Source: Vezdaea acicularis
Lineage: Eukaryota
Assembly: GCA_026025075.1 (NCBI GenBank)
Contig: JAPEUI010000079.1
Span: 1-64,000 of the forward strand
DNA length: 64,000 nucleotides
Direction of reading: 5' to 3'
Positions 53,274 through 64,000 of the stretch are shown here, piece after piece (position 1 is the stretch's first letter; the number at the start of each line of letters is the position of its first letter). The notes beneath the pieces were generated by a model that saw nothing but the letters and a program-made list of their open reading frames with translations, was not told the origin of the DNA and ran no database searches. Made by a program: the position numbers and the translations under genes.

Positions 53274-55112
53274 TCAATCCAAAAGTTTAGTACGTTTGAC
53301 GAGCCAGGTCAAGAGATCCACCTTCGTCACTACAGCTACTGGTTTGTAGGCTTCCTCTTCGCCTGGTTTCTTCTCCGTTACAATAGCTGCACTATACCAC
53401 TCAAAGAACCTGCTGAGAGCGCTTAATGGGGTATCCATAGTTATCTCAACAAACTTTCTCTTGGACCCGCTTCCCGCCTTGCTCTGAAGGCCATTGGTCA
53501 TTGAGCTCTTGCTCTTCGATGCTGGGACAGCTTGCTGGATGTCTCTTGGGTCCCTCACTACTTCGGAAAGTTTCGTGAAGTCAAACATAACGTCCGACAC
53601 GGGGCTCTTTCCTGTGGCCCGACCTTGTTGAATCCAGCTGAGTAGGTTGCCTAGCGTCACAAGACCAACGAGACGGCCACCAGTGGGAGTCAGGACCGGA
53701 AGCTGATCGAACCCTTTATCCCGCATGGTTTCCACAGCATCAGCGCAAGACGAATCTGAGAGGACTGCTGTGACTGGTTTAAGGCGTAAGGAGCGGATCG
53801 TGGCACCACCAAACTCATCTTTTGACAAACCGCGGGAAGTAAGGACCGGAGATGGTGGGGAAGTCGCTGGCGGCGTTGGAGGCATCAAATCATTGGCTGC
53901 CAGCCAGTCGTCATCTACGAACTGCAGCCGTGTTAGAAATCTGACGCGCACAAGAGCAATACCTGGAAATTACCTTTGAGAGGTAACTTCGGATACTATC
54001 CGGCAATATCACCACGACCACGTCATCTTTCTTGAGCTCGAGGTCTTTTACAGCTTGTACCATAGCAGCAATAGCGCTGCCACTACTACCTCCCACAAGA
54101 AGACCTTCTTCGGCAATCAATCTTCGAGCGTAAGCGAATGACTCTCTGTCGTCTGTCTTATACCATTTATCGACCACATGTTGGTCCAATACATTGGGAA
54201 TAAAGTCGTAACCAATTCCTTCGACCTTGTAGCTCTCGTTGGCATGTTGATCATTTAAAGACTTCGGTAGCGCCAGTATTGACCCCTGCGGATCGGCCGC
54301 TACGATCTTGATCTTCTTGTTATGCTTCCGAAGGCCTCGTGCTAGGCCTGTGATTGTGCCACCAGTCTGCAAACCAATTAGCCGCCGAATCCCAGATAAT
54401 ACTGAATTCTATGGTCTTACTCCTGCTCCAGCCACTACAGCATTAATCTTTCCTTCCGTCTGTTGCCATATTTCCGCGGCAGTGCCATGCTCGTGGGCCA
54501 GCGGATTGTCCTCGTTTCCATACTGATCTAGGATATGCGCATTCGGGATCTCTTTGACTAAGCGATTGGCGACGCCGATATGAGATTCAGGAGAGTCGAA
54601 AGCAGCTTGCGTTGGAGTCCTTATAATTGTCGCATTGAGTGCTCGGAGTACCGCAACTTTCTCTGGGGACATTTTCTCCGGTAGCGTAATAATTGTCTTA
54701 TAGCCTGAGAAGAAGGTATGTCAGTGATATTCTGAAGCAGCTGGAGCTGGATTCATTACCTTTTACCGCCGCTACCAAAGCTAAACCTATGCCGCTAGAC
54801 AAATATGGGTCAATCCTGTCATCCAGCTATGAACACCTCGCGCTAGACTTACGTATTTCCGCTGGTTGGCTCAATGAGTGTATCGCCAGGCTTTATGCGT
54901 CCAGATCGCTCTGCTTCTTCGATCATACGCAGAGCAATCCGATCCTTTACACTGCCTCCGGCATTGAAGTATTCGCATTTCGCATAAATTGTTGCCTCGA
55001 TCCCCAGACTCTGGGGGAGTTTATTGAGACGTACTAAAGGCGTATGACCAATGTGCTCGGTGATGGAATGGCTCGGCGCCGGGGTAGATATTGGTAATAG
55101 ATGCGATGCCAT
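53274..55112 (-). CDS. CYS4: Cystathionine beta-synthase, 5 exons
   Basis: [14 protein letters not shown] lysine in [50 protein letters not shown] and C-terminal CBS domains. Confidence 0.97.
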
Positions 55113-55394
55113 CTTTCAGCAAACTGCTGCTCATATGGAACTAGAAAATGAAAGTGTATGCGCTGTTGCAATTGATTGCCACAGCTTGTTGAGTGCTTGA
55201 CGTGCTTAAAGAGAGTTACGACGAAATCCACAATTCTTCCGCTTATAGCCGAGGTGCTGGACTTACGTTTTTCCGCCTACGTAAATATTTCTCGACTTGT
55301 TCGTTGAGTACACAGAACGCTAACGATGAAGTCATAACCAGGAAACGACGATTATCGACCATAAGAGTCTTAAATTTTGGGGGCCTCTTGAAGA

Positions 55395-56523
55395 ATGCAT
55401 CCAGTATCTCACTTTCCGTCTTATAACCCTGTAGTTCTCCTCAGATCAGCCGGGTTCTTTGGTCACCATGGCTTCACCTTGTCGGAGACCCCGCCATTGC
55501 ACGGTAAGATTGCGGTGATCACAGGAGGCAGCAGAGGAATTGGACGAGAGATATCGGCGCAGCTCCTTCTTCACGGAATTGCAAAAATCTATATTCTTGC
55601 GCTGAATACAAGTGGATATGACGAAGCTCGAGAGTTTTGGGCCGAGACGAAGGGTATAACCATGGATGACAGTGCAGCCAGGACTGAGTTCATCAGGTGT
55701 GACCTTTGTGATATGAGGGAGATCAAGAAAGTTGCAGATGAATTGTACGGAAAGCTGGGTCGTCTAGATATGCTGTTCAATAATGCCGGTCCGTTGTTAG
55801 ACTACCCCAACCTCAGGAACATCTCTCTAATACCTAAAAGCGTCGTCGCTAGCCTCCAAATACGAGCTAAGCCCCCAAGGCATTGAAACTGTATTCGCAA
55901 CGAATCACATCGGAACCTTCACCTTGACCAATCTCCTTTTACCACTGATTAAGTCTACGGCCGAGAAGTATGGCGACGCCCGGGTGATTACTACCTCGTC
56001 TGCACTACATTTGGCCTGCCAAGCAATCGACTTTAATAGCATCGTGTCACCTACACAGACAAAGTCCTTGATGCTTTTTGATTCAACATGGCGGTACTCT
56101 CGGAGCAAGTTGGCGAACGTTCTCTTCACCCGGGAGCTTGCCCATCGATTAGACAAGGAAGGTGTGCAGAACGTCTATGTCAATTGTTTCCACCCAGGAA
56201 ACATTGCGACGGATGCAATTGGCGAATGGAAGCACTTGATTGGAACATTTCTGGGGAATGTCATAACTAAGATCTTCTCTGTGGTTGGCCAGTCTACAAC
56301 TGATGCGGCCACCACCGCAATCTTTCTGGCCGCCAGCAATGACATCGCTGCTGGACATGTAACCGGCGAATACTTCATTCCCATCGCGACAGAAGATGAA
56401 CCGAGCCTTATCGCTGAGGACAAGGACTTGTCCAAGAATTTGTGGTACTGGTCTGATAGTAAGGTGGCAGAAACCCTAGGGAAGAACTGGGGCACGAGTT
56501 CAATGGAAGCCCAAGTGAGGTAA
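55395..56523 (+). CDS. Short-chain dehydrogenase/reductase (retinol-dehydrogenase-like), 2 exons
   Basis: VITGGSRGIG, CDL, LFNNA, FATNHIG, catalytic YSRSK, HPGNI. Predicted intron ~55788-55840. Confidence 0.92.
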
Positions 56524-57806
56524 CTTGCGTCAACAACCTCGGGAGATCCTAAAGATCCCCAGTGTAGAGGCAGATACATATCTGGGTTTATGCATCTGTT
56601 CACCGTATAGTGGGGCGTTTGAGCGAAGTGCAGCGTTAAGCTTGGATTTTGGTACAGTATAAGCATGGGTGGGACCTTCAATGTTACCATTGTAGCTGAG
56701 CATTACTTGGTTGGTATACATGTACTGTAAGTATCATTCGCATTTTGTACTCAATATTGACCCTGTGACCAAATGATTTGGAAAGCAGCGACAAATTCAT
56801 ACTTACACCAAAGCATGACCGGTTGCCATCGCAGAGAGCACATGATCTCGTGTACTTTTCGTGTTCCCCAACCTGGTTACCCACCGACTGTATATATCAT
56901 CTTTTAAGCAGATGCATTACCTCGGCAGAAACCGCCACAGTGATGTTAACCTTCAGAACGCTTGCTTCGACCGTCATTGATCCTTTATTGTGACGTCCCT
57001 CTTGCTGATCTAGATGTTGATTCTAGTGGCTCGGCATGCATCGCCAAGAGCTTTGGAGAAGCCGTAATTGGGAAGAGGGCAGCCACCGAGTGATGCTGTT
57101 GGCCTAAAGCGGCGCTTCGGGTCGACGATGGTTCCAGCTGAAGAGCGCGGATCGTCCAGTGATGCTCGACTCGAAACAAGCCTTCGCACAAGATGCCAAG
57201 AACTCCAAGCCGAAGGGGCGATTTACTCTTCTACGGTCGGCGTCAAGCCCTTCATGAAGCCTTTCACGTAGCCCTTTGGCAATCGCATTTAACGCATGGA
57301 AAGAATTTTGTATCGTACAGTATCTCTTGGTTATAATCCCAAGGACTCTTTCCTGGTCGGTCACCCAATTGGACTCTCCGCGCAAGGATTCGTTGCGGGC
57401 ACTCCTGCATTCGGGTGTGCCGCAATTATTCTTGGCCTTGCCCAGACCCAAGACTCTTGGCTTGCCGCCGCCGTAGCATCGCCAGCCACCAGCTAAGGGG
57501 TGCAGAACATGTCACCCCCAGCGTCTCTGCAGTCAGTCCCTCATTTTCGTCCCTGTTTCTGTTCTCTGCGGGAGTTAAAAGTGCGCCGATCTCCATTTCA
57601 GTTCTTGCCAGTCCTTTCAATAGTTCATATTCTCCCTTTCCAGCATATGAGCGCGCAAATATCCTTCTCAGGTGAATGACCAGCGAATCGCTTGTTGCGC
57701 CAGCAAACTTCGCTCGATTTTCCTTTTGGGGGCAATCGTCCTCTTGAACTTGAGACAATCCCTCAGACCCATTCGAATGCGCTGATCTCCTGGAGACAAG
57801 AGCAGC

Positions 57807-59357
57807 ATGGGTATATTCAACCGTCGCAAGGCCGGGCGTGAAGAGGCCGTAGATCCGGAGGTCAGCACGCCGCCCCACGCAAATGCCATCAAGGGCGGAG
57901 AAATCCCAAGATATAACCACAATGGACACGAAGTTACGCGGGGAATTCATCCTGACGGCGAGAGCGGGAGGAAGGGCATAGACCCTTTTCATTTCCTCAG
58001 AATAGTCTGGAGGAGTACAAGCACGGCTTCGAAGTTTGTCAATATCTTATGGCCGTTCGTGCCTGCGGCCATCGCGCTTCACTTCATCAAGGGCGGAGAG
58101 TTTCACCTCTGGATCTTTATTCTCAATTATGTCGCCATCGTTCCGTCTGCCAATCTCATTGGCTTTGCCGGCCAGGAGTTGGCGAGAAAAATCCCCAAGG
58201 TTATTGGTGTAATACTCGAAGTTACTCTAGGCTCGTAAGTCTCTGTGTGTATACCGGAGGTTGACCCCCTTGCTAACAGCATTCATGCAGCGTGGTCGAA
58301 ATTATTCTACTCATGATATTGCTCACCAAAGATCATGATAACAACTTCATACCGGTCATACAAGCTGCTATATTAGGTTCTATATTAGCCAACTTGCTGC
58401 TGTGTCTTGGCCTCTGCTTCTTCGTTGGGGGCATGAACCGCCATGAGCAGGAATTCGATGGAGCCATCAGTGAGGTCGGCAGCGGGCTGTTGCTTGTCGC
58501 AATCATGGGTTTCGTAATACCCTCGGCATTCTACGCGTCCCTGAGAGGCACCCTGGAGGAGGCTGTCTTGGAATCAAAGTCCGTAAATATCAGCCGTGTC
58601 ACTGCCATTATGCTCCTGGTAGCCTTCGCAATGTAGGTTCCATGGCCTTCCCTCACAAATCTGGCCTTCATCTAACTTCCTCGCCAGCTACCTTTTCTTC
58701 CAAGTCCGCAGCCACCACAGCATCTACGACGACATCCTTGAGGAAGACGAAGCCAAAGACGAAGACCGGCACATCGATTTGAAAAAGCCCAAATTGACCT
58801 TCACCGAATGCATTGTCGCCCTCATCATCGCCCTTGCCCTCGTCAGCCTTTCCGCCGTCTTCCTCGTGGAAGAAATTCCCTTCATCGTCGAAGAACATGG
58901 CGTTCCTGACCTCTTCCTCGGTCTGATTCTGGTCCCCGTCGTTGAAAAAGCTGCCGAGCACCTGACCGCCGTCGATGAAGCATGGGACAACCAGATGAAC
59001 TTTGCTCTTGCACACGTCCTGGGCGCCACCATCCAGACTGCCCTTCTGAACGCTCCCATCGTCGTCCTCGCCGGGTGGGGCTTACATAAGAATATGGGAC
59101 TGAACTTCGAGATCTTCCAGATCATCGCACTTGTCCTGGCTATTCTGGTCGTGGGAAACTTCCTCAGAGATGGGAAGAGCAATTATTTGGAGGGCGCGTT
59201 GTGTGTGATTGCCTATATCATCATTGCCGTTGCGACGGCGTTCTATCCAAATCCTGCGCACGGCGCAAGCAATGCCGAGGCAGCGCCGCTTGCAGAATCA
59301 TCTGTATCGGTAGAGATGGCTACTGCGACGGCGTCTGCGCACGCTGGAAGATTCTAA
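57807..59357 (+). CDS. Vacuolar Ca2+/H+ exchanger (CaCA/CAX family, Vcx1-like), 3 exons
   Basis: Multiple TM helices; alpha-repeat motifs TLGS|VVE, AILGSILANLLL, EKAAEH, GATIQTAL, DGKSNYLEG. Confidence 0.92.
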
Positions 59358-59700
59358 AGGGCCGGTCGTGCAAAGGGCGATTTCAGATAGGGAGAGAATT
59401 CGAGGTGGTGGTCACGGCATTTGAGCGAGGAAATTGGAGTCCATACATACCCCTTTCTTAGGTTTCACTAGTATACTATCAAGAAAATTGCGGCTTCGAT
59501 GGCATCTTTGCAGAAGCCTTGAACCTGTGGTATGACCATTTCCAGGCCTGCTACAGTAGTTATCTGGCAGAGAATCGCCACAGTGTTGATACAGGGTTGA
59601 TGGTTGCAGAGTTAGCTCGAGCTATAAAAGTCCGAGCTTAAATACCCGATCGATTCGCTAAAGGCAGAAGCTCCCAAGGATTTGTTGACATTACCAGATC

Positions 59701-61568
59701 ATGCCCCACCAGACGCGTTCCCCATTAATGATATCAATGGATAAGGCAGAGGCCCTGCAATGTTTGTTGGCGGCTCTACGTGAAAGAGACATCCCTCTGA
59801 CAAGAAATGACGTGCAGTGGGCATTCGACTCGCCCAAAACGAGCACCGAGATCATTCGATATGTTCAGCAGCACCTAGGGCCTGATACATTGCTTTCCGG
59901 AGAAGAGCTCACACTGTAGAATATTCTTGTACCAAATGTATTAGGTAATTTTGCTAATAAGTGAGTTAGGTACAAAAAGCTGGAAAGCAATGGCACCGTC
60001 CGCAACATTACTGCCAACCAGGACATCTCATCAGTCGTGCCTATACTCGACAATGACCTCAAAAGCGCAATAGCTTCCTTAGAGTCCTCTACTGCCGCAA
60101 TACAGCAGCACAATGATGAGTTAAGGGCGCAACATGATGTCATCAAGGCTCTGCTGCAGCAGAAGGACCAAGATGACTCTGTCCGTAAAAAAGCTGTTCA
60201 GAGGCAGCAGAGAAAGTATGCATTGGAGAAGCAACAGGTGGCATCCGCTGTGAGTATCTCCCTTGGTGGCAGAGATACGGTCCTAATAACTTTATTACAG
60301 GCGGATGAGATTGCATTGAACCTTGAATCCCAGCTCTCTTTATGGCAAGGCAACGCCAAGGTTGGTCCTGAAATGTTGCGATCAACCATACGTGATCTCC
60401 TACGGGACGACGATAAGCTTCTAGCACGGCTACAAAGTCTCATTGGAGAGGCAGCAAAATCTGGTTCTGATGAAGGAGAAGCGGTCAGGGACAGGGCCTT
60501 GAGTCTTGGTTCGAGGTAAACCTCTGCACGGACACAGATCTGACCATATCAAATGCTAACGAACTCGGTAGGCTAGCCGTCTTCCAAGCAGAAGCAATCC
60601 GTGAGAGGCTTGATCGTGTTTTCATTGAGTCCTTAGAAAAGGCTGGCGCCGCAAAGGGAGCAAATGGTCAAAGCTCTACAAGTCAGGCGGAGACCGAAGC
60701 CTTGCAGGAAGAGCTGGAGTCTCTATACTCTGAGATTGACTCTGTTGCCGAGATGGCATCTCTTCAGGAGTATGTTCACCCTCTGTCACGCCAGCTTGAC
60801 ATGAAGAAATCTCGCGGGCAGGAGACACGAGCTTCAATTTTGAACTATGTTCGTAACTTTCCAGGAAATCTTTTGGCTTTCACTGATGATTTTCAGACCC
60901 AGGATTACCTGGCCCACCTCACACAGAGGCTCCAAATCATCACCGAGCGTAGTGAGGAGCATAGTGAGTATCAAAGAGCGGTCAAGGTTGTATCCGAAGA
61001 TATCAGGGACGAGCTTTCTAAATCTATCCGAGCTGCCCCGGCCTCACCCTCAAAGACCAGAAGCCCGGTGCGGCGTCGACTATCTAGCACACTCATGAAG
61101 TCCCCAAAACGTACAGTGAGGACTCCTCGTCAAGACTCTCCATCTGTCAGCCTCGACGACGTGCCTCCCGAGCAACAGCTTCTGCGGATGCTTGCCGTTT
61201 CTCTTCCCGAAGATGAGGATATGGATGCGGCTATCGCAAGTACAGTCCGCAGTCGCCAATTGAAATACGTACAGCAATTGATGTCTACGGAGTCGTCGAT
61301 AGAAGATTCGCTCGCTGTGCATGTGGGCGACGCAGACCGAATCGTGCGGCTTTTGCTCGAGGTCCTCCATGCAGATTCGCCAGATGGAGATATACGCATG
61401 CTAAACAAAGAGTTGGAGATTGGGATGAAGCGGTTTGAAGAGGGCCTGGGTAACGTTGGGAAAGAGATGTCTGCCTTGCATCCTGAGGTTTTGCAACAGC
61501 GCGACAAGGCAAGAGAGGTTTTCATCCAGCGTTGGTCCTCTGGTCAGCATACTCCACGCGTCAATTGA
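59701..61568 (+). CDS. Coiled-coil protein, probable augmin subunit HAUS3/Aug3, 5 exons (start may be 59737)
   Basis: Exons join in frame through four GT-AG introns. N-terminal DVQWAFD...EIIRYVQQHLGPDTLLSGEELTLYKKL resembles the HAUS3 N-terminal pattern as I recall it. Confidence 0.65.
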
Positions 61569-64000
61569 GATGGTCATCCGACGTCGGATTCTTGTCAGCT
61601 ACCTAGGAATCGAGTCTGGTATGGAGAGTTCACGTTTGCAGTGGGTAACTCGGGGGAGACGGTAGGCGTCTGCTGCTGTCTAGGACCGCTTGACCTTACG
61701 GTGGCGTTAAAGGGGGGACGTTTTTATCAGACACAGCCGGCCAAGGAAGGTTTCTACGATGACCCTTCGGGTTCTGGTTCCGCCACCACTACAACTGTAT
61801 CTCATCAAACTACAATCACGGATGCTGGAAGACCTAGGATCAGGAGACCTCTCCATCTTGGAATGGCACTGATCGACCCCCACGCCCGCCTTGATTCTCT
61901 GTCCCCTGAGCTTCCAATTCTAGCACATTCGTTGCATCGATAATCGATACAAGGGGAGCAGCTCCTGACTCACTCCGATTTCGCTGCCATCGTAATATGA
62001 TGGCGCGATCGGGCAGGGATCCTAGAGATCCTAAATTCATTCACTTTGGGAGCACAGTATCACAACACAGGATCCGATCAGTTGCCGGGTGCGGCGAGGT
62101 GCTTCGCAGAACGCATTGGGCACGACTGCGTGGGGTTCACTCAGGGAGCATCTCACCAATATGCGCGTACTCGGGACGCGGTCTGTTTACACTTTTGTTT
62201 GTACCAAGCTACCTCTAAGTGTCACTGCGGTTTGCAGGCTACGTAGACCGACGGCGTAAATTCCCCACGAAAATCTTTTTCTCCTTTGGAGGACGGGTTT
62301 TGCGGCGGCGTTCCCCCCGTCTGATCCTTGTGGCCAGCCGGGCGAACTCACGATCCTGTTCGATGCGATGGGTATGCCGTCAGACGCGCCGCGTCAACCA
62401 CGATTTTGAGGCCGTGTTTTAATCGGTGGCGACTTTTGGTGTAGATGAAACACATGGCTGATCTGTGTGCTTTTTTCGGGGAAGAGGGGGGGGGGCCGCC
62501 GGCGGGGCGAGCAGCGATGGCCGCCGGGGCTGGCGGTGCTCACGGACCATGCAGCGTCACCGTTCACCTCGACAAAGGGAACACTTACGAAGGAGCAAGA
62601 ATGCAATAGAAAGCTCCAGGCGGACATCGGCGGGCAGCGCGACATGGAGAACATCAGATTCTGTTGGGAGGTGGTGTGGTGGATAAAATTCAGCCTGGAG
62701 GATACTTGCCCAGCTGATGGTCTGCGGCCCAGTCCACTATCGCGCCGACCGTGACGGGGTTCGCGACGCACAGCGTCTCAGCACCCTCTCCCTAAACGCC
62801 GTCCTCGTCAGGCGTTCACTGCAAACATTTGCGTGACTGCGTCCCTACAACAACGACGGACCGCAGAGAGCACACCACCACCGCGTCCCTCTGGCTGAAG
62901 AAAGACGCGCGTCTGTTTGTTGCAGGTGAAAAATTTCTGCGAGGCTGATTGGGGAATTGGAGGGAAGAGGACAAGGAGTTGTACAGTCGACGGTGGCCTG
63001 GGGCACCTCATGTCATCATTCTCAAGCCTCCGGCCTGCTCTTCCACGACCTTCTTCCTCTCCCTCAGCTACCTTCCGGCCTTGGCGGGGGCTTTCGCACG
63101 CCGGTTGGTGTTGAGTCACTCGGCCGCTGATTGGCCGTCAGCTGATTTTCTTTTGCTGGTTCATGTGAACGATGCTGGCGGGGTCAGCGGTCGAGGGTGT
63201 CTCTTGCTCTCGAGGAGCAGCAGACAGGCGCGACCGATCGTCTTTGCTCCGGAGTTCGAAGTAGAATTGCTCGGAGTAAGACGACGGTGCTGGGGCACGC
63301 TCGTTTGCGGCTGAAGCGTCTTGGTTGGGCCGAGTCGCGCTTCTCGCCAGTGTCGCTCGGCAACACCACCCCCATCGCAGTCACATCCCTCCAAAGTGAG
63401 GCGCAGATCACCATCAGGCCGCTGCGGGGAGCGGCTTGCAAGTCCAGCCGACGGGCTTGTCTGAACCCTTCACTCCCGATCGATAGCGGCGCGAGATCCG
63501 GCATCGCCGATCTTGTTGAAATAACTCCATGTTTATCGAATGGTCAACACGCTGTGCAGTATGAGGGAGGACTTTGTTGCTGGATCGCACCCAGGTCGCT
63601 TCGTCGCACGCTAGATCCTTTTCGGTAATACCGATACGAGCCCATGTTACCCAGAACGGTCTGGCATACAGCAGTTCATCCCCCGACACCAGCAATCATG
63701 GGCTGACCTTCAAGCCGATAGCAATGACGACACCTACTCACGCAGAGACAATATTGTGCTCCGGCTCGACAGTCCGCATCGAGGTGAGGCTTCTCCCAAG
63801 GCGCGAGTCCACAGCCTCAAGTCACGTGTCCGGCGTGCGTGAGCCACACCGGGCGGTGCGCCACAGGTGCACAACGGGTTTAGCGGCACTTCGCCTCCTC
63901 GCTGTCCCCAGCCAATCAACGTCGTCGCAGCGGGCGCTCCCTTGTTGGCGGGTGCGGGCTGTGCCCTTCACGCCGCAACCTCCACCCCCCCTTCATGCCC

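Noticed and set aside
56985..57992. Minus-strand ORFs of 115 and 188 aa upstream of and overlapping the Ca2+/H+ exchanger start
   Set aside because: No recognisable family and I could not assemble a consistent spliced model; cannot be excluded without RNA data.
61570..64000. Numerous short ORFs at the right end
   Set aside because: No domain signal; looks like GC-rich intergenic or promoter DNA of a gene outside the window.

Overview
Eukaryotic, gene-dense genomic DNA from a filamentous ascomycete (Pezizomycotina-type short GT-AG introns with CTAAC/CTGAC branch sites). I can support 21 protein-coding genes and one intron-containing tRNA-Leu(AAG). In order: PHD/RING protein, mitochondrial beta-ketoacyl synthase CEM1, DUF2235 alpha/beta-hydrolase, Ppo dioxygenase-P450 fusion, PUS1, TFIIE-alpha, CAP59-family mannosyltransferase, small Myb-like protein, IWR1, CLC transporter, IAH1, a protein with a degenerate retropepsin-like domain, tRNA-Leu, isochorismatase-family protein, SRP receptor beta, AKR1, TTI1, eIF5, cystathionine beta-synthase, an SDR, a Ca2+/H+ exchanger and a probable augmin subunit HAUS3. 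No intact mobile element, rRNA or CRISPR array is seen. Most interesting: (1) a head-to-head DUF2235 lipase-like gene and 10R-type dioxygenase with an intact P450 cysteine, a possible oxylipin module; (2) three poor-context uAUGs in the eIF5 leader, one sitting on a putative splice donor; (3) recurring C-rich to G-rich skew switches independent of gene orientation; (4) a protein combining PAM2-like, RVxF-like and Asp-less retropepsin-like motifs; (5) an unusually long IWR1 intron. All calls come from reading motifs by eye; no database search was run, and exon boundaries are predictions.
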